From contig JBFGLM010000004.1 of assembly GCA_041576165.1 (NCBI GenBank), positions 82,865-146,864 on the forward strand: DNA of 64,000 nucleotides, read 5' to 3'. The notes beneath the pieces are model-generated. The model ran no database searches. It was not told the origin of the DNA and was given only the letters and a program-made list of their open reading frames with translations. This DNA comes from Acidimicrobiia bacterium (GTDB lineage: Bacteria; Actinomycetota; Acidimicrobiia; Spongiisociales; Spongiisociaceae). Shown here piece by piece: positions 26,875-36,093 of the stretch; position 1 is the stretch's first letter, and every line of letters begins with the position of its first letter. Made by a program: the position numbers and the translations under genes.

Positions 26875-27348
26875 ATGAACGACAACGTCGTCTATCGGTC
26901 CCGGACCCGCATCGAGCGGCTTCGAGGACCCCTGCGCCGGGCGTGGGTGCCTGCCCGGCCCGACCCAATCACCTATGGCGTCCATTCGGAGATCGCCGAG
27001 CACTACGGGGTCGACCCCGAGCAATATCCGCCGGACACGACGACGATCGACTACGTGATCGCAGCTGCCGGCGGCTGACTGACGGGCACCTTCGGGGGCG
27101 CGCTGGAGGCGCGCGGCATCAATGCAAGCAATGGCAACCTCGTCGGTCATGTCGAAGGGCAGGTAGAGAAGGAAGACGGCGTGCTCGTCATCCGCCGTAT
27201 CCACGTGCGCTACGAGCTGGCTGACGTAGAGAACGAGGCACTTCGGACAAAGGCGGAGCGAGCACACGGGCTCCATGCCGAGAAATGTCCGGTGGCTCGC
27301 TCCATCCGCGACGCGATCGAGATCAGCACCGAACTCTTATACGTGTGA
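26875..27348 (+). CDS. OsmC/Ohr-family peroxiredoxin with in-frame TGA (probable selenocysteine, U68)
   Basis: GGAGG RBS; frame reads ...DYVIAAAGG-TGA(27076-27078)-LTGTFGGALEARGI...HAEKCPVARSI and continues to a stop at 27348; TGA sits at the first catalytic Cys position. Confidence 0.8.
27089..27114 (+). promoter_or_regulatory. Candidate bacterial SECIS element
   Basis: GCGCGC(27098-27103)-TGGAG-GCGCGC(27109-27114) hairpin 19 nt after the TGA, G-containing loop; a CC-TTCG-GG mini-hairpin precedes it. Confidence 0.5.
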
Positions 27349-27977
27349 CCTCGCCCGCCGGTCTGGAGCCGAACGCCGACCAGCTTCTGGCCGCCCGGCG
27401 CATCGCGCTGGGTCTCGCCCGCATCGCCTACCTCGGAGACAGGGCAGAAGTGGACACCGCGTGGGAGGCTATCCCCGACCCCGCAGCTTCCGCGCTGTTG
27501 CTGGCGATCGGTGACGCGGTTTCGGGCCCCGATCCGGCCGCGACGCTGGCCGACATCGCCGGCCACCTCCACGACCTCGAATGGGCCGACGACGCGTCGA
27601 CCGAGTTGCTAGGAGTCCGGGTGATCGGCGTTGGGTCAATGGGCGCCATCACACGTCACGTGTTGGAGGCCATGGTCGGGTATGACACTGTTCTGCCCGA
27701 CGTGATCGTTCCCAACCTATCGATTGCTCGCGGGCTCGGATATCTGGGCCTGCGCGTCGAGATCGGGGACATCGCAGCCGCTGAGACTCTCCTGATTCCG
27801 GGCATCGCCCGTCACCGCTACACGGTCTGGACCACGAAGCTGCTGGCGGATGCCGCGGTGCGGGCGCTGGTGAACGGGGCGCGACGGATTTCGGTCGTTC
27901 ATCCTCTAGCGCGGCTGGACGACGAACGGCGGGCTCGCTTCCGGCCACCAGACTCCGCAGTCGAGGTCACTGCGTGA
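27345..27977 (+). CDS. Hypothetical protein coupled to the OsmC-family gene
   Basis: GTGA overlap with the upstream stop; fills the gap to serC; family not recognised. Confidence 0.6.
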   Translation: MTSPAGLEPNADQLLAARRIALGLARIAYLGDRAEVDTAWEAIPDPAASALLLAIGDAVSGPDPAATLADIAGHLHDLEWADDASTELLGVRVIGVGSMGAITRHVLEAMVGYDTVLPDVIVPNLSIARGLGYLGLRVEIGDIAAAETLLIPGIARHRYTVWTTKLLADAAVRALVNGARRISVVHPLARLDDERRARFRPPDSAVEVTA

Positions 27978-27992
27978 CCACATCTGCTCGAG

Positions 27993-29114
27993 TCAGACCC
28001 GCGCAGCGACGTAATCGATCGACGCAGTCAAGGCCTCCACGTCTTCGGTGGGTATGGCCGGCCATAGCCCGATCCGCAGCTGGTTGCGGCCGAGCTTCCG
28101 GTACGAATCAATGTCGATCACGCCGTGGGCCCGCAACACCGCGGACACCACCTCCGCAGGAACAACATCGGCGAAATCGATCGTGCCGGTCACCGGCGAC
28201 CGCTGGACGGGATCCGCCACGAACGGCGCCGCATACCCGGACCGCTCGGCCCACCCGTAGAGCACCGCCGCGTTGGCTGCGCTGGCGCCGGTCGACCATT
28301 CCAACCCACCTCGGCGCAACATCCAGTCAACGGAATCCGCCAGCATGAACAATGTGGCGAGGCCCGGGGTGTTGTAGGTCTGGTTCTTGCGGCTGTTCTC
28401 GAGGGCGATGGCGAGCGACAAAAACGGCGGCGCATAGCGGCCCGATGCCGAAATCTGTCGAATCCGCTCCACAGCAGCCGGGCTGCACAGCGCCACCCAA
28501 AGCCCGCCGTCACCGCCGAACGCCTTCTGGGGCGAGAAGTAATACAAGTCAAACTCGGGGGCGGCGACCGGTATCGCGCCGGCGGCGGAGGTGGCATCAA
28601 CGACAGTCAACCCGTCGGCCGGGATCCGCCGGACCGGCATCGTGACGCCGGTCGAGGTCTCGTTGTGCGTCAGCGCGTACGTGTCCACCCCTCCCACCGG
28701 CTCGACCTCGGGGTGGGTGCCGACATCCGATTCGATTTCTGTCGGCTCGTCTAGATGTGGCGCCATGGATACCGCCGCGGCGAACTTCGACGAGAACTCA
28801 CCGAACACGGCATGGTGCGACCGGTGCTCGATGAGCCCGAAAGCGGCCGCATCCCAGAAGGCGGTGGCACCCCCATTGCCGAGTAGCACCTCATACCCGT
28901 CCGGCAGCGAGAAGAGCTCGGCCAGCCCGGCCCTCATCCTCCCCACGAGATCGCGCACCGCCATCTGGCGATGGCTGGTACCCATGTAGGAAGATCCGGT
29001 CGCAGAGAGTGCGGCGAGCGTCTCGGTCCGCACACGGGTCGGGCCCGAACCGAACCGGCCATCTCGCGGGAGCAGGTCTGGTGGAATCGAAATCGTAGGA
29101 AGCTGTTGCGTCAT
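27993..29114 (-). CDS. serC: Phosphoserine aminotransferase (actinobacterial type)
   Basis: DGRFGSGP, MGTSHRQ, HNETSTGV, YYFSPQK, QTYNTP, YRKLGRNQLRI. Confidence 0.95.
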   Translation of the reverse strand: MTQQLPTISIPPDLLPRDGRFGSGPTRVRTETLAALSATGSSYMGTSHRQMAVRDLVGRMRAGLAELFSLPDGYEVLLGNGGATAFWDAAAFGLIEHRSHHAVFGEFSSKFAAAVSMAPHLDEPTEIESDVGTHPEVEPVGGVDTYALTHNETSTGVTMPVRRIPADGLTVVDATSAAGAIPVAAPEFDLYYFSPQKAFGGDGGLWVALCSPAAVERIRQISASGRYAPPFLSLAIALENSRKNQTYNTPGLATLFMLADSVDWMLRRGGLEWSTGASAANAAVLYGWAERSGYAAPFVADPVQRSPVTGTIDFADVVPAEVVSAVLRAHGVIDIDSYRKLGRNQLRIGLWPAIPTEDVEALTASIDYVAARV

Positions 29115-29189
29115 GCCCGTTTAGTGTTGCGTCGGAGCGCGAGCGTATACGTGGGCGCACGAACATGAAACTCGATACGGAGTGACGGC

Positions 29190-30389
29190 GTGGGACGCAT
29201 CTCAGAACGCATCGGATCTATCAGCGAGTCGGCCACCGTGGCCATCACCGCCAAGGCGAAGGCCATGCGTGCCGCCGGGGAGGATGTGATCGGGTTTGGG
29301 GCCGGCGAGCCCGACTTCCCGACGCCCGACTACATCGTCGAGGCGGCTCAGGCGGCGTGTGTTGATCCCCGGATGCACAAGTACTCGCCCGCCGCCGGGC
29401 TCCCAAGTCTGCGAGAGGCCGTTGCTGCCAAGACGTTGCGAGATTCCGCATTCGAGGTCAGTCCCAGCCAGGTGCTCGTCACCAATGGCGGCAAACACGC
29501 GGTCTTTGCCACTTGCGCCGCCTTGCTCGATCCGGGAGACGAGGTGCTGCTGCCCGCCCCGTACTGGGTCAGCTACCCCGTGTGCATCGAACTCGCCGGA
29601 GGCGTCATGGTCGAGGTCCCGACGGACGCCGACACCGGGTTTCGGGTAACCGTGGACGTGCTGGAGGCGGCCCGCACCCCGAGAACAAAGGCCCTGATCT
29701 TTGTTTCGCCTTCGAACCCGACCGGCGCCGTGTACACCCGTGAACAGGTCCGCGAGATCGGCCGCTGGGCGGCCGAGCACGGGATCTGGGTGATGACGGA
29801 TGAGATCTACGAGCACCTCGTCTACGGGTCGGCCGAGTCCGTGTCGATGCCGGCGGAGGTTCCCGAGCTGGCCGACCGCTGTGTGATCGTAAACGGGGTC
29901 GCGAAGACCTACGCAATGACGGGTTGGCGGGTGGGTTGGCTGGTCGGACCTGAAGACGTGGTGAACGCGGCGATCCGGCTCCAGTCGCATTCGACATCCA
30001 ACGTCGCGAACGTCTCGCAGGCGGCCGCCGAGGCCGCGGTACGCGGCAGCCTCGACGCAGTGGTGGCGATGCGAGCAGCATTCGATCGCCGGCGCCTCAC
30101 GATGCTCGGCATGCTCAATCAGATCCCTGGAGTGTCCTGCATCGAGCCGCATGGGGCGTTCTACGCCTTTCCCTCGTTCGCCGACCTCATCGGACAGACC
30201 GTGGTGGGAGAGGAAATCTCCTCGACACTGCACCTCGCTGATGTCGTGCTGGAGCACGCCGGCGTGGCGTTCGTGCCCGGTGAGGCATTCGGAGCGCCGG
30301 GTTATGCTCGGTTTTCGTACGCCCTTGGCGACGACGACCTCGTGAAGGGCATCGAACGGATGGCTACGCTGCTGACGAGCGCGGCCTGA
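29190..30389 (+). CDS. Class I/II PLP aminotransferase (aspartate aminotransferase-like)
   Basis: [45 protein letters not shown]. Confidence 0.93.
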   Translation: MGRISERIGSISESATVAITAKAKAMRAAGEDVIGFGAGEPDFPTPDYIVEAAQAACVDPRMHKYSPAAGLPSLREAVAAKTLRDSAFEVSPSQVLVTNGGKHAVFATCAALLDPGDEVLLPAPYWVSYPVCIELAGGVMVEVPTDADTGFRVTVDVLEAARTPRTKALIFVSPSNPTGAVYTREQVREIGRWAAEHGIWVMTDEIYEHLVYGSAESVSMPAEVPELADRCVIVNGVAKTYAMTGWRVGWLVGPEDVVNAAIRLQSHSTSNVANVSQAAAEAAVRGSLDAVVAMRAAFDRRRLTMLGMLNQIPGVSCIEPHGAFYAFPSFADLIGQTVVGEEISSTLHLADVVLEHAGVAFVPGEAFGAPGYARFSYALGDDDLVKGIERMATLLTSAA

Positions 30390-30549
30390 CAGAGTTTCCC
30401 AGACGACAGCCGCCCGGTAGACGGGACGTAGGACCGACGACTCATTTGCGCGCTCAGAGCGCCTGTTCGCCGCAATTGTCCCCAATAAGCCGCACCAGAT
30501 CACTACGTTGAGTGGTGCCAGGTCATCGCAGCGAGGGTGGGGTTTTTGA

Positions 30550-31137
30550 ATGCACGCCTTTTCCGGTCTCATCGACACGTCCGAACGCGCCGCAGATCCT
30601 TCTCTGCGGGTGCGGGTCTACATCAGCGAAGCGACCGTCGAGGTGGCGACCCTCGATGGTGATTCGTGGGTGTGGGATTCCACCCGTGCTCAAATCTCCC
30701 GTGTGAAGGCCGACCGGTTTCGCCTCAATCTGGGCGACGAGGCGCTCTTCTTCTTGCCGGACGACCCGATCGCCTTCACCCTGAAAGCGAACATCGGCAC
30801 GGGCGAGGCCGACGCCGAAACCGAGCCGAGGCAGGGCTGGCTCCGGCGTCGTCTCGAAGAGGCATCGGCAGAGGCCGCGGTTCCCGAGGCACCGGTGTAC
30901 ATCCCAGACTTCTCGGAGCCGACCTCGAGGCGCAGAAAGCGTTTCAGCCGCCGGGCGCAGCACGCCCACATCTGGGAAGAGACCGTGGCGGCCGGGGTGG
31001 CGCGGCGCCGATGCACCGATTGCGGCCACGTCTCCATCGATCTGACGAAGTTGACATCTTCGTTCGGGCCGAAGGTCCGCCCGGCCGATCCCGCTCAGCC
31101 GAAAACGATGTCGTCCGGTCGTACCGGCGCCCGGTAG
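30550..31137 (+). CDS. Hypothetical protein with C-terminal His/Cys zinc-ribbon-like motif
   Basis: HAHIWEE...RRCTDCGH; beta-rich N-terminus; 3' end overlaps the convergent XDH gene by 43 bp. Confidence 0.65.
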   Translation: MHAFSGLIDTSERAADPSLRVRVYISEATVEVATLDGDSWVWDSTRAQISRVKADRFRLNLGDEALFFLPDDPIAFTLKANIGTGEADAETEPRQGWLRRRLEEASAEAAVPEAPVYIPDFSEPTSRRRKRFSRRAQHAHIWEETVAAGVARRRCTDCGHVSIDLTKLTSSFGPKVRPADPAQPKTMSSGRTGAR

Positions 31138-33320
31138 AGGTCTTTTCCGGTTGCCGAACGTATGGCGGCAACCACCGCCGCGGTCGAGCTGATCGTGGGT
31201 GGCTCACCTACGCCTTTCGCGCCGAACGGCCCGAACGTGCCCGGCTCCTCGACGAGTTCCGCGACCACATCCGGGGCGTCGGCAAACGTCGGGAGCAGGT
31301 AGTCGGTGAAGGATGCGTTCCTGATCACGCCCCCGTCGACCACCAGTTCCTCCATCACCGCCAGCCCGACGCCCTGCATGATGCCGCCCTCGATCTGGCC
31401 GATGACCGAGCGTGGGTTTAGAGCAACTCCCACGTCCTGGGCGGTGTCGACCCTGACCACCCGGACAAGCCCGAGATCCGGGTCCACATCAACTACCGCT
31501 CGATGGGCGGCCACGGCAAAGTCGACGTGCTTGTTACCTTGCCCGTCTGGCGTCGGGCCATCCGTCGGAGCATGCCGGAAACGGGTGTGATACTCAAAGG
31601 GACCCTCTTCGCCAATCAACCCAAACGGCGCGATCAATTCGCTTCCCCGCCACACACCCTCATCATCGAGCCGATCGCCCGCAAACCGGCGCAGCACGTC
31701 GTCCAGCACGGCTTCGGCGGCTTCCAACACTGCGCTGCCCGTCATCTGCGTTTGGCGTGACGCTGACGTCGAGCCGGCGGACCCGATCTTCGACGTGTCG
31801 TCGTAGACCACGGCAACGGACGAGATACCGAGGATGCTCCGCACGATCTGTTGAAGCACCAGGGTCAGGCCCTGGCCGACCTCGACCGCGGCCGTGTGGA
31901 CCTCGGCCCCAAACTCCGTCAACACGACCCGTGCCTCGGAGTAGTCGTCGAAGCCCTCGGAGAACGCCAGGTTCTTGATGCTCAGCGCGTAGCCGACACC
32001 GCGCCGCATTTGGGAGTGTGAGGTGGTCAAACCGGTCCCGCCGGGCAGCCGGCGGGGATCGTCGGAGACCTCTGAGGCGGGAAGCGGAATCGATCGGACC
32101 TTGTCGATCAACGTACGAGTGGGTAGTGAAGTCTCGATTATCTGTCCGGTGGTGGGAAGCGGATCGCCGGGGCCGAGCGCGTTGAGCCGGCGCAGTTGCA
32201 TCCTGTCCATGCCCAGGGCGTCCGCCAGCTTGTCCATCTGCGACTCGTGCGCAAAACACGCCTGGACGGCCCCAAACCCACGCATCGCGCCGCACGGCGG
32301 ATTGTTCGTGCGGGCTGCGACACCGTCGACGGCCACCGAATCGCACCGATACGGGCCTACTGCGAAATACGACGCGTTGCCGATGACGGCGGAGCTGGTC
32401 GATGCGTATCCGCCGCCGTCCAGCAGAATCCGCGCCTCGACCCGCACGAGCGTTCCGTCCAGGTTGGCTTCGTGCCGGTACCACATGCGGGCCGGGTGGC
32501 GATGGACGTGGCCGACGAACGATTCGGTCCGGTCGTACACCATCTTCACCGGCCGGCCCGTATGCAGGGCCAGCAGGCAGATGTGAATCTGCAAGCTCAC
32601 GTCTTCCCGCGCCCCAAATGCCCCCCCGACCCCGGCCGGGTGCACCCGAATCTCGTCGTCTTTGACTCCGAGGCTGGCGACGATCTGAGCGTGATCGGCG
32701 TGCGTCCACTGAGTTGCGATGTACAGATCCACCCCGCCTCCATCGTCGGGTATGGCCAGCCCCGCCTCGGTGCCGAGCGGTGCCTGGTCCTGGCTACCGA
32801 CCTCGTAGTACCCCTCGACCGACACGTCTCCGTGGACGTCTTGGTCGCCTCGCCTGATCACGATGTGGCGGAACACCTGACCGTTACGCTCGGCTTCCTC
32901 GGGATCGGTCACGGGATCTCTTGCCTCGTATTCGACGCCGACGGCGTCGGCCGCACGGCGCGCCTGAAACGGGTCCTCTGCCGCCACGACCGCCACGGGC
33001 TGACCCCAGTACATCACCTCGTCGGTCGCGAGCACAGGCTGGTCGGCCTCCTCGAGCCCGAACAGTTTGCGGCCGGGAACATCATCGCCGGAAAGCACCG
33101 CATAGACACCCGGCAACGCGAGCGCGGGGGCAGGGTCGATGCGGGCGATGCGGGCGCGCGGATGCGGGCTGCGCACCGTTGCGCCCCACAGCATCCCCTC
33201 GGCGAAGAGGTCGGACGCGAACGCAAAATCGCCTTGCACCTTGGGCGGCCCGTCGGGGCGATCGGCATCGGTTCCGACTCCCGCAACCACCGGGATATGT
33301 AGCCCCGTCGAAATCGTCAT
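31095..33320 (-). CDS. Xanthine dehydrogenase family molybdopterin-binding subunit (PucD-like)
   Basis: RSPHPRARI, GVGGAFGARE, GAMRGFG, GQIEGG, GAKGVGEPP; ATGA overlap with the Fe-S subunit gene. Confidence 0.9.
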   Translation of the reverse strand: MTISTGLHIPVVAGVGTDADRPDGPPKVQGDFAFASDLFAEGMLWGATVRSPHPRARIARIDPAPALALPGVYAVLSGDDVPGRKLFGLEEADQPVLATDEVMYWGQPVAVVAAEDPFQARRAADAVGVEYEARDPVTDPEEAERNGQVFRHIVIRRGDQDVHGDVSVEGYYEVGSQDQAPLGTEAGLAIPDDGGGVDLYIATQWTHADHAQIVASLGVKDDEIRVHPAGVGGAFGAREDVSLQIHICLLALHTGRPVKMVYDRTESFVGHVHRHPARMWYRHEANLDGTLVRVEARILLDGGGYASTSSAVIGNASYFAVGPYRCDSVAVDGVAARTNNPPCGAMRGFGAVQACFAHESQMDKLADALGMDRMQLRRLNALGPGDPLPTTGQIIETSLPTRTLIDKVRSIPLPASEVSDDPRRLPGGTGLTTSHSQMRRGVGYALSIKNLAFSEGFDDYSEARVVLTEFGAEVHTAAVEVGQGLTLVLQQIVRSILGISSVAVVYDDTSKIGSAGSTSASRQTQMTGSAVLEAAEAVLDDVLRRFAGDRLDDEGVWRGSELIAPFGLIGEEGPFEYHTRFRHAPTDGPTPDGQGNKHVDFAVAAHRAVVDVDPDLGLVRVVRVDTAQDVGVALNPRSVIGQIEGGIMQGVGLAVMEELVVDGGVIRNASFTDYLLPTFADAPDVVAELVEEPGTFGPFGAKGVGEPPTISSTAAVVAAIRSATGKDLYRAPVRPDDIVFG

Positions 33321-33769
33321 GTCACCATGCCCTCGATCGCTCTGAGGATCGAGCCGTAGCCGGTGCACCGACAGATGTTGCCGGCGAGGGCCTCGCGAAC
33401 GTCTTCCCGGCTCAGCTGCGGGCGGGTGTCGAGCAGATGTGCGGCCGCCACTACGAATCCCGGAGTGCAGAACCCGCACTGGACGCCGCCTGCTTCCAGT
33501 AGCGCGAGCTGGACGGGATGCATGGCATCGTCCCCGCCGATCCCCTCGACCGTTGTCACTTCACTCTTGTGCGCGTCGGCGGCCATCACCAGACACGAAC
33601 AAACGAGCTCGCCGTCGAGAATGATGGAGCATGATCCGCACTCGCCCTGCTCGCAGGCCCCCTTTGACCCAGGCAGGTTGAGCTTTTCCCGTAATACGTA
33701 CAGCAGGCTCTCGGGGCCATCCACGTCGGCTTCCATCTCGCTGCCGTTGACCGTCACGGTGATCTTCAT
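33317..33769 (-). CDS. Xanthine dehydrogenase family 2Fe-2S subunit
   Basis: GSKGACEQGECGSC, CSCL, QCGFCTPG, GNICRCTGY. Confidence 0.93.
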   Translation of the reverse strand: MKITVTVNGSEMEADVDGPESLLYVLREKLNLPGSKGACEQGECGSCSIILDGELVCSCLVMAADAHKSEVTTVEGIGGDDAMHPVQLALLEAGGVQCGFCTPGFVVAAAHLLDTRPQLSREDVREALAGNICRCTGYGSILRAIEGMVT

Positions 33770-34566
33770 GCAAGAACCCGTTCCACAACCCGCCGGGCGA
33801 GCACCCCGGCCGCATGGCGGCGGTAAGCCTCGGTGCCGCGTTGATCCGTGATCGGTTGTACCTCGGCGGCGGCCATCTGCTGCAACCGATCGAGCGTGTC
33901 GGGATCCGGCGCAGACAACCCCGAGACGAGATCCTCCACCCGAGCGAGCCGCAGCGGGCCGGGAGCGACCGCCCCCATCGCAACAGCCACCCGGCCATCC
34001 GCCCAGCGCATGGCACAAGCACTCACCATCGAGATCACCATCGCCGAGCGGATGCCGATCTTGGCAAAAGCCTGGTCTTCAGGCATGTCTGCCGGCAGGA
34101 TCGCCGCGGTTATCAGTTCATCCGGTCGGCGATCGGTCCGTTTGACGCCGGTGATGAACTGGCGCCACCCGATCGTGCGGATGCCGGCAGTCGACCTCAG
34201 TTCTATCTCGGCATCGAGCGCCGCCAGCACGGGCAGGGTGTCGCCCGCAGGTGATGCCGTCCCCAGATTGCCGCCCAGCGTCCCCGCGGTTCTGATCTGG
34301 GGTGACCCGACTGTGCGAGCGGCTTCGGCCAGTGCTAGAACCGGACCGGATTCCATCGTCTGATACGTCACGTTGGCCCCGATCCGGCGGTCGTCCCAGA
34401 CCGCCAGCTCTCTGATCCGCCGCAGCGAAACGACCCGTCGCGGGTCACGCTGGCGAAAGTTGACCTCGACCATCAAGTCGGTCCCGCCCGCCAGCGGGGT
34501 GACGTCTGGATCGGCCGCCAGGGCGGCGAGCGCGTCGTCAATCGATGTTGCGTGCACAATCTCCAC
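33766..34566 (-). CDS. Xanthine dehydrogenase family FAD-binding subunit
   Basis: LAGGTDLMV, VGSPQIRTAGTLGGNLGTASPAGD, PITDQRGTEAYR; start at 34566 or 34587. Confidence 0.92.
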   Translation of the reverse strand: MEIVHATSIDDALAALAADPDVTPLAGGTDLMVEVNFRQRDPRRVVSLRRIRELAVWDDRRIGANVTYQTMESGPVLALAEAARTVGSPQIRTAGTLGGNLGTASPAGDTLPVLAALDAEIELRSTAGIRTIGWRQFITGVKRTDRRPDELITAAILPADMPEDQAFAKIGIRSAMVISMVSACAMRWADGRVAVAMGAVAPGPLRLARVEDLVSGLSAPDPDTLDRLQQMAAAEVQPITDQRGTEAYRRHAAGVLARRVVERVLA

Positions 34567-34616
34567 AGGAACCCTCGGTTTGATCACAAGCTACACGTAG
34601 GGCGGCGGCGAACCTG

Positions 34617-35981
34617 TCAACCTGCCGCGATCCGGGCGGCGGCGGCGTTGTGTTGTTCGATCGCCACCCTCAGCTCAATCGTCGTCAGCTCGCCATCCGC
34701 TACGACCCGGCGGCCGTGAACCCATGAGTGGTCGATCCGCCCAACGTCGCACAGGGCCAGCGCGGCCACCGGATCGTGGCGGGCTCCGCTCAACCCGGGC
34801 CGGTCGAGATCGATGGCGATGATGTCTGCGGCTTTGCCCACCTCAATCGAGCCGATATCGGTGCGCCCCAGCACCGCGGCGCCGCCCCGGGTCGCCAGCC
34901 CCAGGGCCGTGCGGGCCGCCATGATGGGGCCGCCGCCGACATCAGGCGCCGCAGCCAGCCGGTTGAGCAACAATGCCTGGCGAACTTCGGCCAGCATGTT
35001 GCTGGAGTCGTTGGAGGCCGATCCGTCGACACCCAAACCGACCGGCACGCCCGCCCGCAGATACTGGCGGACCGGCGCGATCCCGGATGCCAGCCGCATG
35101 TTCGAGGTCGGGCAGTGGGCCACACCGGTCCCTGCCGCTGCCATCCGTTCGATCTCGTCGGTGACGACATGTACGGCGTGCGCCAACCAGACATCGTCGC
35201 CAGCCCACCCGACCCGTTCCGCATAGGCGACAGGCCGCACACCGTACGTGGCCCGGCAAAACTCGTCCTCGTCGGCGGTTTCGGCGAGGTGGGTGTGGAG
35301 CCGTAGACCAGCCTCACGGGCGAATTCGGCCGAGTCGCGCATCAGCTCGGGAGTGACCGAAAAGGGCGAGCAAGGCGCGATCACGATTTGCAGCATCGAT
35401 CCCGGTTGCCCGTCGTGAAACGCCTCGAATGTCCGCGAGTAATCCTCGAGAATCGCGTCGTGGGTTTCCACGACCGAGTCGGGTGGCAGTCCACCGTCGG
35501 ATTCACCCAGGGTCATTCCGCCTCGGGAGAGGTGCACCCGCAAACCGATCGCTGTTGCCCCCTCCACTTGATGATCCAGCCGGCTGCCGTTAGGCCAAAG
35601 ATACTGATGATCGAACACCGTCGTGCACCCCGAGAGCGCCAGTTCGGCGAGGCCAACCGTGGTCGCAATCCTGACGTCGTCCGGTTGCATCCGTGCCCAG
35701 ATCGGATACAACGTTGTGAGCCAGTCGAAGAGCCCGGCGTCCTGTGCGGCCGGCACGACCCGTGTCAACGTCTGATACAGATGGTGATGGGTGTTGATCA
35801 GCCCGGGGAGCACGACGTGACCATCGAGGTCGACAACCTCGTCAGCCGCCGGCGCGTCGGCCGCCGGTCCTACCCAGCTGATCCAGCCATCTTCGATCAG
35901 GATCGATCCGCCGGCGATTTCCTGGCCGGCGCCATCGAAGGTCGCCAGCACCTCGGCATCGTGCAATAGGAGCTTCGTCAT
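34617..35981 (-). CDS. 8-oxoguanine deaminase-like amidohydrolase
   Basis: PGLINTHHHLYQTLTR, APCSPFSV, HTHLAET, HCPTSNMRLASG, GVDGSASND. Confidence 0.88.
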   Translation of the reverse strand: MTKLLLHDAEVLATFDGAGQEIAGGSILIEDGWISWVGPAADAPAADEVVDLDGHVVLPGLINTHHHLYQTLTRVVPAAQDAGLFDWLTTLYPIWARMQPDDVRIATTVGLAELALSGCTTVFDHQYLWPNGSRLDHQVEGATAIGLRVHLSRGGMTLGESDGGLPPDSVVETHDAILEDYSRTFEAFHDGQPGSMLQIVIAPCSPFSVTPELMRDSAEFAREAGLRLHTHLAETADEDEFCRATYGVRPVAYAERVGWAGDDVWLAHAVHVVTDEIERMAAAGTGVAHCPTSNMRLASGIAPVRQYLRAGVPVGLGVDGSASNDSSNMLAEVRQALLLNRLAAAPDVGGGPIMAARTALGLATRGGAAVLGRTDIGSIEVGKAADIIAIDLDRPGLSGARHDPVAALALCDVGRIDHSWVHGRRVVADGELTTIELRVAIEQHNAAAARIAAG

Positions 35982-36093
35982 GATGTCAGGCTAGGTCTGG
36001 TATCTGCCCCAACCTGTGCATCAGACGGGTCCGGCGGGAGACCTCCGAGGGGCCGGTACACTCCGTGGGCGCGCAAGGGGAAAGAGACGCCGC

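Noticed and set aside
26875-27348. OsmC pseudogene with a nonsense mutation
   Set aside because: The single TGA falls exactly on the catalytic Cys position, both halves are intact and in frame, and a SECIS-like hairpin follows; recoding is more parsimonious, though not proven.
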